From contig NIVC01004328.1 of assembly GCA_002269645.1 (NCBI GenBank), positions 1 through 50,409 of the forward strand: a stretch of DNA of 50,409 bases. The letters are read 5' to 3'. This DNA is from Macrostomum lignano. Lineage: Eukaryota. The notes under the pieces were generated by a model. The model was not told the origin of the DNA. It did no database searches and was given only the letters and a program-made list of their open reading frames with translations. Every line of letters begins with the position of its first letter. Within the stretch, counting starts at the first letter, position 1. Shown here one piece after another: positions 23,819 through 36,054 of this stretch. The position numbers and the translations under genes are program-made.

Positions 23819-23908
23819 TACTCGTGGAGCCTGGGACTCGCCGTGTGCATCTGCTGGTCCATGCTGGTGTGCCTGAGCCGCATCTACCTCGGCATGCACA
23901 GCTTTCTG
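23819..23908 (+). CDS. SGPP1: SGPP exon 2 (90 nt)
   Basis: CCCAG|TAC..CTG|GTGAGT; translates as YSWSLGLAVCICWSMLVCLSRIYLGMHSFL (PAP2 motif 3). Not present in the supplied ORF track. Confidence 0.92.
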
Positions 23909-23999
23909 GTGAGTTGGCCTTGTACAGTGATGGACATAATTTTGTTGTCTAAAAAGACAAATTGACAAAGCTTTCTAGCTTGTAAATAATTTACCCAAG

Positions 24000-24650
24000 C
24001 ATAATCTCACCCGACCGAAGAATCTCACCTTTTTTAAATCTCACCTGAAAATCTCACCCTTAACCTGCATAATCTCACCTTATCTACGAGTATCATATTA
24101 TTACGCGAGAATATCACCCTATCTATCAAAATCTCATCTGAGAATCTCACCGTTACCCAACATAACCTCACCCTATCCATTATAATCTAGCTGGATAATC
24201 TCACCCTATCTATATTCTTCCCCGAGAAGCTCACCATATTTATCATAATCTCACATGAGAATTCCACCCTATCTATTATAGTCTCATCTGACAGTCTCGC
24301 GCTATCCATTATAATCTTGCTCGATAATCTCACCCTATCTATTGTAATTTCTCATGAGAAACTCGCCCTATGTATTGTAGTCTCACGCTATCTATCAAAA
24401 TATTAGCTGAGAATCTCACCCTATTTTTTAGAATCTCACCTGATAATCCCATCCTTACCCAACATAATCTCACCCTATCCATCATAATCTCACCTGAGAA
24501 TCTCACCCTTACCCAACATAATCTCACCTGAGAATCTCATCCTTACCCAAGATAATCTCACCTGAGAATCTCACCCTTACCCAACATAATCTCACCTGAG
24601 AACCTCATTCTTACCCAAGATAATCTCACCTGAGAATCTCACCCTATCCA
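24000..24650. repeat. AATCTCACC-core minisatellite (about 34-bp unit at the 3' end) in SGPP intron 2
   Basis: CATAATCTCACCTGAGAATCTCACCCTTACCCAA repeated at 24480-24640; more degenerate upstream. Confidence 0.85.
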
Positions 24651-24669
24651 GCACTGTCTCACCTCGCAG

Positions 24670-25251
24670 GACGTGATCGCTGGCGCCCTCCTAGGTGTCA
24701 TATTTCTAGTGGTTCTGTACCCCTACCTGGACCGGCTGGACCGCCTGGTGCTGACCAACCCCAACACTGGCTGGGCCCTGCCCTCGCTCCTGATCCTGCT
24801 GTGCCTGGCCTACCCGTCAATGCAGAGATGGAACACGGCTAGGGGGGATTCTACCACCATCCTTGCCGGTCTGTGCGGAATATACGTCGGTGCCTGGCTA
24901 GCCTACCAGCACAATATGTACGACCGGCCTAAGCTGCCGCCGCCTTATCAGGTGAAATTTCCGCCAGACTTGGAGTTCTTCGGCACTTCAGCCGTGCGGA
25001 TGGCCCTGGGCGGCACCCTGCTCATGGCTATTCGCGCTGTCTCCAAGTTCGCCTTTTACCGGGGTCTCTGCCGGCTGTACGGGTTGGACTTTAGCGACGC
25101 CAAAAATGCCCAGCTGTTGAAAGTTGAACTGCCTTACAAGTTTGCCACCTACACTCTGGTATCGTTCAGCGTCACCTACGTATCGCCGCTGCTGTTCCGC
25201 GGAATCGGCATTCACAGGATTGTCGAGTTTACCGATCTGGATCCGGATTAG
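24670..25251 (+). CDS. SGPP1: SGPP exon 3 (C-terminal transmembrane region)
   Basis: CGCAG|GAC GTG ATC GCT GGC (DVIAG completes SRxxxxxHxxxD); ARGDSTTILAG, ELPYKFATY; stop TAG at 25249-25251. Spliced protein is 454 aa. Confidence 0.93.
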   Translation, partial: DVIAGALLGVIFLVVLYPYLDRLDRLVLTNPNTGWALPSLLILLCLAYPSMQRWNTARGDSTTILAGLCGIYVGAWLAYQHNMYDRPKLPPPYQVKFPPDLEFFGTSAVRMALGGTLLMAIRAVSKFAFYRGLCRLYGLDFSDAKNAQLLKVELPYKFATYTLVSFSVTYVSPLLFRGIGIHRIVEFTDLDPD

Positions 25252-25424
25252 TATGACTGGTTTATCTCCGGGCGGACAATGGCTAGCGCGAGCTGTGCGA
25301 CTCAAACCCTGTGACTAATGAAAGCCGTGTTTTAATCCCGTCTCCCATCATCCAAAACCCCAATTCGTAAATCCCCACCTCCCAGAATCCAAATTGATAT
25401 TCCTGTCATTCAAAACTGCCAAAT

Positions 25425-26400
25425 TGAAATTCCAAATTGAAATCCCAAATTGAAATCCCCATCATCGAAATCTCAAGTTAAAGTCCTAAATTGAAATCCC
25501 CACCATCGAAATCCCAAGTTGAAATCCCAACCATTGAAATTCCAAATTGAAATCCCAACCATCGAAATTCCAAATTGAAATCCCAACCATTGAAATTCCA
25601 AATTGAAATCCCAACCATTGAAATTCCAAATTGAAATCCCAACCATTGAAATTCCAAATTGAAATCCCAACCATTGAAATTCCAAATTGAAATCCCAACC
25701 ATTGAAATTCCAAATTGAAATCCCAACCATCGAAATCCCAAATTGAAATCCCAACCATCGAAATTCCAAATTGAAATCCCAACCATCGAAATTCCAAATT
25801 GAAATCCCAACCATTGAAATTCCAAATTGAAATCCCAACCATTGAAATCCCAAATTGAAATCCCAACCATTGAAATTCCAAATTGAAATCCCAACCATTG
25901 AAATCCCAAATTGAAATCCCAACCATTGAAATCCCAAATTGAAATCCCAACCATTGAAATCCCAAATTGAAATCCCAACCATTGAAATTCCAAATTGAAA
26001 TCCCAACCATCGAAATTCCAAATTGAAATCCCAACCATCGAAATCTCGAATTGAAATCCCTACCATCGAAATCCCAAGTTGAAATCCCAACCATTGAAAT
26101 CCCAAATTGAAATCCCTACCATCGAAATTCCAAATTGAAATCCCAACCATCGAAATCCCAAATTAAAATCCCCACCATCGAAATTCCGAATTGAAATCCC
26201 CACCATCGAAATTCCAAGTTGAAATCCCAATCATTGAAATCCCAACCATTGAAATCCCAACCATTGAAATCCCAACCTTTGAAATTCCAACCTTTGAAAT
26301 TCCAAATTGAAATCCCAACCATTGAAATCCCAAATTGAAATCCCTACCATCGAGATCCCAAATTGAAATCCCAACCATCGAAATCCCAAATTGAAATCCC
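25425..26400. repeat. 28-bp minisatellite (AAATCCCAACCATTGAAATTCCAAATTG)
   Basis: Periodic array; minus-strand ORFs repeat every 28 aa (three units). Confidence 0.95.
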
Positions 26401-27303
26401 CATTTCCCAAACGGATCCCGAATCCAATCCCTAACTCCCAGATCCCATAGTACAATAGAATCCCAGTGCAGTTGGTTATAAAATACGCGTGCCTTTCAAT
26501 GCCGGGGCGCTCAGTGCTAAGCCGGCGCAACAATGAGCTACTCTTGCTACTTATTTAACCCGTTGAAAACGTTACCGCGACAAGAATTGCTAGAGAGTCA
26601 TTGCAAACGACTCAAACGCCGTGAAATTGACTCTGACGACTATTTGATGACTTGTACCGGGACATCTCGTCATTTTAGAGTCGTGTAGAGTCACTTCTGT
26701 CCTATTTCACCTGGTTCAGTGTTACCTGCAGCGGTTCTGGGACGCTTCTTGGCCCCGGTAATGTTTTCATCGGGTTATAGTTTACATAGCTATCAGCACA
26801 CTGTTAAAGCTTATTAATAATGCTAATGTATTCGTCTGTCGTTAATATTCTAGCACTGACGTGTGCTCACGGGAATTCACTAAAAAATCGTATCCATTAT
26901 CACTTTATTTATTCTGTATCCAAGCTCTTTGTATGCAGCGAATCTTGCTTGTCTGTCTACTATGCTTTTGGTAGGCCCTTATTTAATTTTTAATATGCAC
27001 ATTTGTATCGAAATTTTGCATTCAATCTTATTTTCTTGTCCGTAATTTAGTGTCCGACCAACCTCAGTTCGATGCCCAGCCTTTTGTACATGTATGAAAC
27101 TTAATGTTACAAATCAATTCCAAACATTTTCGCGCCCTATTACTGCTGCTTTGTACTAATCCTTGATTTTTCGAGCGGTGAGAAACCGATTATTTTATCT
27201 CGGTTTCCTGCTTTATTTGCTTTGGCCCACTGGCTGCTTTTGTTAATCTATCAAATAACTATCTTGTTCTTCTCAGAGAAGAATTGACCAATTTGAGTCA
27301 TTG

Positions 27304-27990
27304 AAAATCGCCCCTGAACCACTTAGAAAATCGCCCCTGAACCATTTAGAAAATCGCCCCTGAACCACTTAGAAAATCGCCCCTGAACCATTTAGAAAAT
27401 CGCCCCTGAACCACTTAGAAAATCGCCCCTGAACCATTTAGAAAATCGCCCCTGAACCACTTAGAAAATCGCCCCCTGAACCACTTAGAAAATCGCCCCT
27501 GAACCACTTAGAAAATCGCCCCTGAACCACTTAGAAAATCGCCCCTGAACCACTTAGAAAATCGCCCGTGAACCATTTAGAAAATCGCCCCTGAACCATT
27601 TAGAAAATCGCCCCTGAACCACTTAGAAAATCGCCCCTGAACCACTTAGAAAATCGCCCCTGAACCACTTAGAAAATCGCCCCTGAACCACTTAGAAAAT
27701 CGCCCCTGAACCACTTAGAAAATCGCCCCTGAACCATTTAGAAAATCGCCCCTGAACCACTTAGAAAATCGCCCCTGAACCACTTAGAAAATCGCCCCTG
27801 AACCATTTAGAAAATCGCCCCTGAACCATTTAGAAAATCGCCCTGAACCATTAGAAAATCGCCCTGAACACTTAGAAAATCGCCCCTGAACCACTTAGAA
27901 AATCGCCCCTGAACCACTTAGAAAATCGCCCCTGAACCATTTAGAAAATCGCCCCTGAACCATTTAAAAGAACGCCCTTTAGAAAATCGC
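27304..27990. repeat. 23-bp minisatellite (GAAAATCGCCCCTGAACCA[C/T]TTA)
   Basis: About 29 near-identical head-to-tail units with no unique spacers. Confidence 0.97.
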
Positions 27991-29280
27991 CCTTTTAGCC
28001 TGGCACCCAATCTGAAATAACCTTGCCCTAGCCGCGCAGTATCAATCAATCGGCATTGTGTACAGAGTCAACAGCAGGCTCTCTGGTTACTAATGCAATG
28101 GCATATCTGCATCATTAAGTAGTATCAGCGTGAATGGCAGCTGAAAAAAAATGAAAAAATAGAACTAGAATTCAGCTCTATCGAATCACTTGCTATTGTG
28201 CTTTTCATATTATTATCAATCATTTTTTCTATTTGTTGTTATTTTGATTTTTCTTCCAATTTATTTTTTAACTCAATCTCTTTCTTTCAAGAGTTTTGTT
28301 ACTGTAAGTAGTAATAGTAGTGTTGCTGTCTGTATTTTTCGATTTTCACGCTCAGATTGTCCAAAACGAAGGTTTGGACTCTCTTCCGGCTATGCCAACA
28401 CCTGGTCTCTCCACAGAATTCAAATAAAATCACGCTTTTAGGCATCAAACGCTTGTTTGCCTACTAGTAATCGGGGGCTGTATGAGTAGGTCGGGCGCGT
28501 TTTATTTATTTATTTGAAATTATCTTTAATTGAGAATTTTCGGTCTGATAGAAAATGCAATCACGAATTATTTAGTGTCGTTTTTATAATAATTTTACAA
28601 TCGCTGAGCCCGATTCTGCAATCACTGCTCCCCTTACTCTCGAAATATAGATATATCGTATTAGTTGAATCTAAATTTTACTACTTAAAAATAAATATTT
28701 GCATTATAGATAATTCACGTATAAAACATATTCGTCTGTCAATTCGCTGGATGTTGCCTTTTCCGATTAAGTCCATTCACTAACTTTTTTCCTGCAAAAT
28801 GCACTCAGTCTACTTTATCTTAAGCGTGAGTTTGCTCGTCTCTTTATGCGAGCGACGGGGCACAGAGGGCGGCGTGCATATAAATAAGCGGGTGAGCAAC
28901 CCCCCCCCCACCCCACGGGGGGTAGAGAGGACGGAGCACAAAGGCGGCACAATGTACAGCGCGAGGGGTGGATGGCTAACACCCATTTCACTCCAGGCTC
29001 ACAAAAGAGCCTAAGAGAAATGGAGGCATTTTCATTTTATTTTAGACTTCGAGCATTCATCATCATAAGACTGCCAATCATATCCAACCATTGCTTCTAC
29101 ATGTACTTTCGTCTATGGTTAAAAAACCCTCTGGCACAGGCAGAGCATCCAGTTGAATTTAAAGGCACAGAGCAGTTCAATTTAGGGAAGTCATGCCCGC
29201 CATGCAAATGGAGTTGGAGTTCACCAGACGAAATTAATCCATAGGATTGGCGTTACATGAATCGAACATGATACTGCAGA

Positions 29281-30479
29281 TAGGGAATACAAAATCCCGA
29301 GGTTTACCAATCCCGGAATTAAAAAAAGTTTCTAATCTTGGTGCAACTTTGGTTTACGAAGCTATCTAAACTGATTTAAAAGGGCTATCAATGATAAAAG
29401 TAAAACTGAACAAATATTTTGCAAACAAGAAACTGACAGTCAGCTCAGAATTGGAGTGTGATTTACGGGCTGGCGTATTAGACGTGCTTTTTTACATGCC
29501 AGTATCAGCTCAGGAGAATCACACGATTGTGATTTACGGGCTGGTGTATTAGACGTGCTTTTTTACATGCCAGTATCAGCTCAGGAGAATCACACGATTG
29601 TGATTTACGGGCTGGTGTATTAGACGTGCTTTTTTACATGCCAGTATCAGCTCAGGAGAATCACACGATTGTGATTTACGGGCTGGCGTATTAGACGTGC
29701 TTTTTTACATGCCAGTATCAGCTCAGGAGAATCACACGATTGTGATTTACGGGCTGGTGTATTAGACGTGCTTTTTTACATGCCAGTATCAGCTCAGGAG
29801 AATCACACGATTGTGATTTACGGGCTGGCGTATTAGACGTGCTTTTTTACATGCCAGTATCAGCTCAGGAGAATCACACGATTGTGATTTACGGGCTGGC
29901 GTATTAGACGTGCTTTTTTACATGCCAGTATCAGCTCAGGAGAATCACACGATTGTGATTTACGGGCTGGCGTATTAGACGTGCTTTTTTACATGCCAGT
30001 ATCAGCTCAGGAAAATCACACGATTGTGATGTCACCTGGGGAATGATAGCTTAGAGCTATGGCCCGAGGCACTGATACCAGGTTAGAAGGGTATCAGACC
30101 TCTACTCTCCTAGGGGCACCCGCCCCATCGGGATCCTGATCCCGGTTTGCAATAATTCAATCATTCATTGTCGAGTTGTAGTATCTGCATCTGAGCTAAT
30201 ATCAGGTGAAAATCATAACCCAGTTGGCCTGCTTTTGATTTAAAAATCTTTTAAACATGCAGGCTTGTGAGAAGGCTAGTGCTGCAGATCAGACCCGTAG
30301 GGGATTTCAGGTGTAATAATGTGCGTGCAACTGTGTGCATATGGAACTCGCAGACTAATTTAATTATATTATTCTAAAAACCTGTGCACAGCGCCTATGG
30401 TCAATCCCGGGACTTAGAATCCCGAGATTCAGGTATAATCGAAATCCCGGGATTCAGAACCCCGGGATTGTATTTCCTA
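29281..30479. mobile_element. Non-autonomous hAT-type DNA transposon (1199 bp) with a perfect 8-bp TSD
   Basis: Ends TAGGGAATACAAAATCCCG / CGGGATTGTATTTCCTA; TSD ACTGCAGA at 29273-29280 and 30480-30487. Confidence 0.85.
29456..30030. repeat. 71-bp tandem array (8 units) inside the hAT element
   Basis: ATTTACGGGC recurs at 29461, 29532, 29603 and so on to 29958; units differ mainly at one C/T site. Confidence 0.95.
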
Positions 30480-31109
30480 ACTGCAGAGAATCGCGGAGTC
30501 AGGTGTAGATGTTATTCATGCAATGCTCACGCACTACACTAAGCTTTGTTTCGCCGCTTGGCCCGTAAAAGCATCTGATTGAGCGCACGTGCGGTCTGAA
30601 AGTTTAGTCACAATTGCAGCTTTGACTTGTTCGCTTTCTGCGTTACGAAAGACAATTTTTGCCTAATGGTTCGTCTGAGTTTAAAGTCTAAAATACTGGT
30701 TGTTGTATTAAATTTAATCCTCTCCCCATGCACCTTTGACAATCACCTCAGTTTTTCACGCCATCAACTGACATATACTGAGAAGAATGACTTTTCTGGG
30801 GTTTAGAGGAGGGTGACGCAAGTTTTCCAATTTGTTGCGCGAGCAATACTGTGCGCACATATCTCCAGCTGAGCCCAAAATCGTACATATTTTCAGCACG
30901 TTTGAAAAAAAAACTTTTTTGTGCTTTGAATTCAATACCAGTGTACAGTCTGTATCAGAGTACAAAGGCCAGCGCTCTTATTGATATAACTATCGCAAGC
31001 TAACAAAAAACCAAGCACCTACACTTTTCCGATCGTCCTTTTTCCTGTTATTTCGATTGTCAGGGTGCCGAAGGTCGTATAGAGCAGGATTTTCTTGCAC
31101 TTTGTTTAC

Positions 31110-31506
31110 CAGGGGTTCCAGCGGCAACCAACAGGCGCTGTTTTTTCACGCTTTCACGCCCAAGGGCCAGATAAATAACCTAGAGCATGACTGCGGTCCA
31201 GAGGAAGGAGGAGATGAGCTGAGGGAATAAAAAAAGAAAGAAGGGAGATAGGAGAAGGGAGAGGCGAGGGAATAAAGGAACAATGAGGAGAGGAGAGATG
31301 AATTAGACTAGGAGAGTAGAAAAGAGAAGAGAGAGGGAGAGTAGGAAAGAGAGAGGAGAGGAGAGAGGAGAGAAGAGCGCTGAGAAGAGACAAACATCGA
31401 GCGGGTCGGATTGCTATTGTGCAGTTTCAAAGGACCGCGAGGGCCGGATGAAGAAGAGGCTTTGCGGGCCCCATTTGTGGCCTGCGGGCCAGTTTGCCGT
31501 CCCCTG
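31110..31506. mobile_element. hAT-type MITE with GA-rich interior
   Basis: Right end GGCCTGCGGGCCAGTTTGCCGTCCCCTG; left CAGGGGTTCC is degenerate; interior ACCTAGAGCATGACTGCGG is shared with the element at 32974. Confidence 0.6.
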
Positions 31507-32973
31507 GCTCATGTGATGGAAAATAATAAAATACTTAACAACCTGACTGGTGTGATGACCAATCAATTTTGAAGCGACAGTCAGACTAGACGGAGAGTTG
31601 TTAAAATAGAGTGGCTTGAGTTGAGTTTTGTGTGTTGCGCAACTTGGGGTGCTGTGTAAGAGGCAAGCGACCAATGTACAGCGTTTTAGTTGATCAACTG
31701 GCCCTCGCGTTATTAACTTTTGTCGCTGAATTTGAAAATCAAATTCACTTAGATTTCAAGTGATCACAGAAAAATTTTGAAATTCTGTGTGGTCAAACGA
31801 ATCGTGTGATTTGGTCTCTCATTTGATTGCAGTGTGAATGAGCCTTAAGAGGTCGATAAATGAGCTAATTAAATTATAAAAGGCAAGGAAGGGCAGAGAG
31901 GAAAGCATCATCGCACACAACCTCGCCAAAGTAGAAGTTGTCGCGGAGCACAAATTTAGCTAAAAAAACTCCAAACAGACACGCCCGGAAAGTAGCTTAC
32001 AAGTACTTAGGCAACATAAAGGGTCGAGTTGCTTGTGGTATCGTTGGTTCTCATTCTTATAGTCTCACTAAAGTAGAAATAACGAAGCTCAACTACAAAA
32101 TAATGAATTATAACTTATCCTGACTGTCGTGAGAAAATTCTCACAGACTCTGGTGGATCATGGTTTGTGAAAAACGGTCAATTTATAATCTGCAAGTTAA
32201 GTATTGGCCCCTATAGTTTTGTAGAACCCCTCTGACTTGGCCACTTTTCTTGGACATTTTAAGGCCGTTGAAGATTCTAAAACTTACTCACAACATATCT
32301 GGACAGGTCCCACTTTAATCTTGTTATTGGACTGTGCGTTATGGAGAAATTATTCTTATCAAGAAAAAGCTCATATATTAGAAATAAGAAAATCGGCCTA
32401 ATGCTGTAATGTCGTGCAGACTCCAGATTCTGCTTGCAGTAAGCGAAACTCCTTATACTATACTCAAAGCCCTTCCTTTATTGCTTTTGGTCTCTCTAGG
32501 CTATTTGGACTGGACCTCAATCCATCACGTGGGGTAATGGGTGACTGGGCTGTGTGACTCACTCCGCTATAAGCGTGTGACAGCCCGTGTGTGTCCATGC
32601 GCCGCACGGGACTGGATGAAGTGCTCGCCAATGGGACCGCAGCTTCACGCGAGAGGCTCGGTCCCGAAGGCAGCGAACGAATGGGCTGGCAGTGTGGATC
32701 TGGTAGCCTACAAGAGGGTCGAAAGTTCGCTTCTGCCTGCAGCTATCGAGGAACTATTAAACAATCCCCAGTCTGGAAGAAATTTGTGGCCAATTTTGTT
32801 AGAAAAAAAACAAATTTTGCGCGCATCATGAATTGCTGCTTGGATCTTCATCAACTGCTTGTACTGCTTACCATTGCTGCTTTGGTGAAGTCGTCTAGGT
32901 GAGTCTTGATGCTGAAATTAGCTTACAAATCCACACGGCAGATGATCGAGCTTCGCAGGTAGAGCCTCGAGAT

Positions 32974-33228
32974 CAGGGGTTGGCAAACGTTTTTTACCTC
33001 AATGGCGAGATAGAGAACCTAGAGAATGACTGCGGGCCAGAGGGGAGAGGAGAGGGAATAAATGAGAGAAAAGAGAGATCAGCGAAAGGAGAGGCGAGAG
33101 AATAAAGGAGAAGAGAAAAGTGGAGAGAAGAGGAGACGAGAGGAGATTAGCAGAATGGAGAGAAGAGAGGAGAGACGAAAGAGAAAAGAGGAGAGGATGA
33201 GCGCAGGCCGTAGTTAGCCGACCCCCTG
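32974..33228. mobile_element. hAT-type MITE with GA-rich interior, in LGIC intron 1
   Basis: TIR CAGGGGTTGGCAAAC / GTTAGCCGACCCCCTG; flanks CTCGAGAT / CCCTAGAT are a 6/8 match. Confidence 0.7.
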
Positions 33229-33802
33229 CCCTAGATTGAGCTGAGACTTGAGTTGAAAATCGATACGAGAGTGCTAAGGGTGGAACAGGGAGCATGTTCC
33301 GTAAGTGCAAGCTATACTGCTCGATTCCTTTGCCCGGCCACATTCACTTGAGGCTTGTGAGCGAAAAATTGGCCAGATTCACAGCCATTAGGGCCAACCC
33401 CACCAAGGCACAGAGGGTGTACATGCCTGACGATTAGAAAGTCAGGGCCGCTGTACACCCTGTGTGAGCGAGTGTGTGTGAGTTCTGGTTTCAGCAGCCG
33501 ACAACTGTACGGCCATCATACGGCAATCTATTTACAATAAGACGGGCAGACATTCATTTGCGATGACCAGCCATGTTTGACCGGAGTCTGGAGGGGTCAC
33601 AGATGACGGAACAACTGCATCACTTTTTTCGAGCCTTCTTCCCCACGAATTCAGCTGTTGACGCGAGGGGCCGGCCGGGACTGCTGACGAAATTCCCGGC
33701 GACGCTTGAATATTTATGTCCGCTGACCGGTGACTCACCGCGGTGCCGTTCGCTCGAGTGGCCAGGGTGGAAAAAGAAAATGCCAGTTTTTTAGCTGCGG
33801 CT

Positions 33803-34662
33803 TCTACTCCCCTCTCCCTACTCCCTCTCCCTACTCCCCTCTCCCTAATCCCCTCTCCCTACTCCCCTCTCCCTACTCCCCTCTCCCTACTCCCCTCTCC
33901 CTACTCGCCTCTCCCTACTCCTCTCTCCCTACTCCCTCTCCCTACTCCTCTCTCCCTACTCCCCTCTCGCTACTCCCTCTCCCTACTCCCCTCTCCCTAC
34001 TCCCCTCTCCCTATTCCCCTCTCCCTACTCCCCTCTCCCTACTCCCCTCTCCCTACTCCCTCTCCCTACTCCCCTTTCCCTACTCCCCTCTCCCTACTCC
34101 CTCTCCCTACTCCCCTCTCCCTACTCCCCTCTCCCTACTCCTCTCTCCCTACTCCCCTCTCGCTACTCCCTCTCCCTACTCCCCTCTCCCTACTCCCTCT
34201 CCCTACTCCCCTCTCCCTACTCCCCTCTCCCTACTCCCTCTCCCTACTCCCCTCTCCCTACTCCCCTCTCCCTACTCCCTCTCCCTACTCCCCTCTCCCT
34301 ACTCCCCTCTCTCTACTCCTATCTCCCTACTCCCTCTCCCTACTCCCTCTCCCTACTCCCTCTCCCTACTCCCTCTCCCTACTCCCTCTCCCTACTCCCT
34401 CTCCCTACTCCCCTCTCCCTACTCCCCTCTCCCTACTCCCCTCTCCCTACTCCCCTCTCTCTACTCCTATCTCCCTACTCCCTCTCCCTACTCCCTCTCC
34501 CTACTCCCTCTCCCTACTCCCTCTCCCTACTCCCTCTCCCTACTCCCTCTCCCTACTCCCTCTCCCTACTCCCCTCTCCCTACTCCCCTCTCCCTACTCC
34601 CTCTCCCTACTCCCCTCTCCCTACTCCCCTCTCCCTACTCCCCTCTCCCTACTCCCCTCTCC
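33803..34662. repeat. 13/14-bp CTCCCTACTCCC(C)T minisatellite (LGIC intron 1)
   Basis: Pure polypyrimidine array; generates the PSPY/LPTP ORFs. Confidence 0.97.
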
Positions 34663-34991
34663 GTTTTCCAAGTTTTCTCTCTCTCCGAAACCTCAGTCAA
34701 TGCTATGATCGATCAGACGTTCCTCTTTCATGCTTTTCAAGCCAAAAGCAAGCAGACTGGAAATTTTTGTTGAGAGCATTAAAATAACTGGAGTTATTAT
34801 TTTGCCGCAGATAATTGGCCTCTGTCTACCATAAAACCGTAGGGCCCGTTCGAGAGCATAAATTGTGCTTGTAAACTACTGGTTGAATCTCCTGCTGTAC
34901 CTGCGGCTACCCTTTATTGCTGGTCATTCGTATGCCCTCGCAACCCGGTGTGCAATTAGGGGAAGCTCAATTTATTACAGTTCTAGCTGTG

Positions 34992-35045
<54 letters not shown>

Positions 35046-35047
35046 GC

Positions 35048-35130
<83 letters not shown>

Positions 35131-35207
35131 GAGACAGATAGATAGATAGAGAGACAGATAGATAGATAGGTAGGTAGATATATAGATAGATAGATAGATA
35201 GAGAGAC

Positions 35208-35241
<34 letters not shown>

Positions 35242-35256
35242 GATAGATAGATAGAC

Positions 35257-35343
<87 letters not shown>

Positions 35344-35362
35344 GATAGATAGATAGATAGAT
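34992..35362. repeat. (GATA)n microsatellite (LGIC intron 1)
   Basis: Near-perfect GATA run. Confidence 0.98.
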
Positions 35363-36054
35363 ACATGTCACTCTACTGTAATGTCACTCTTGTACAATAT
35401 CAATCACTGGCACACTGCAGAGAAGCCTCAACCGAGTCGCTGAAGGAGAGCATCAAGATGCTCTACATGAACATGGACGTCCCGGAGGTCAGTCCAACAG
35501 ACGCATCCGGGTCTCTCAACGTTTCCATTGGGATTGGCGAAGTAGCCCGGCTGGAAAATAATGTAAGTGGCTCTGGGAGGTGTGGTGAACTCTTGTGTTT
35601 TTGTGTTTCCTGGTGCTGACTGCTGACTGCTCAAAGCCCTGTTGAAACCAACCGCTCAGGAGATTGACGTATCGTTCACCTTGGACCTGCGCTGGAGCCA
35701 TCGCTTCCTGGAAATGATGTCCGACTCGCTGGAGGCCATCCCACTGAATAGGGACAAACTGTGGACTCCGAGGTTCGTGTTCCTGAACGCCCGGTCGCTC
35801 CGAGAAGAGCAAAACACCTTGTACATGACGCTGGCCGGGGGCCTCACTGCCAAGGCAATTGTGTACAGAGTCTGGTGAGTCGCTTGCTATCTGTCTACTC
35901 GTAACTGCTTCACCGAAATTCAAGCTAAAATGTGTTGTAAAAGCAAAAATTGCACTATTTTTTTCCAAGGCACCGAGCCACCGTCCGGTGCGATGGTCCG
36001 GCCTTGCAGTACCCACTATCTGACACTCTGTGCAGCATCGTGTTCGAAGAAGGT

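Noticed and set aside
27304-30030. 23-bp and 71-bp regular arrays as possible CRISPR arrays
   Set aside because: Units are head-to-tail with no unique spacers, there are no cas genes, and the context is eukaryotic.
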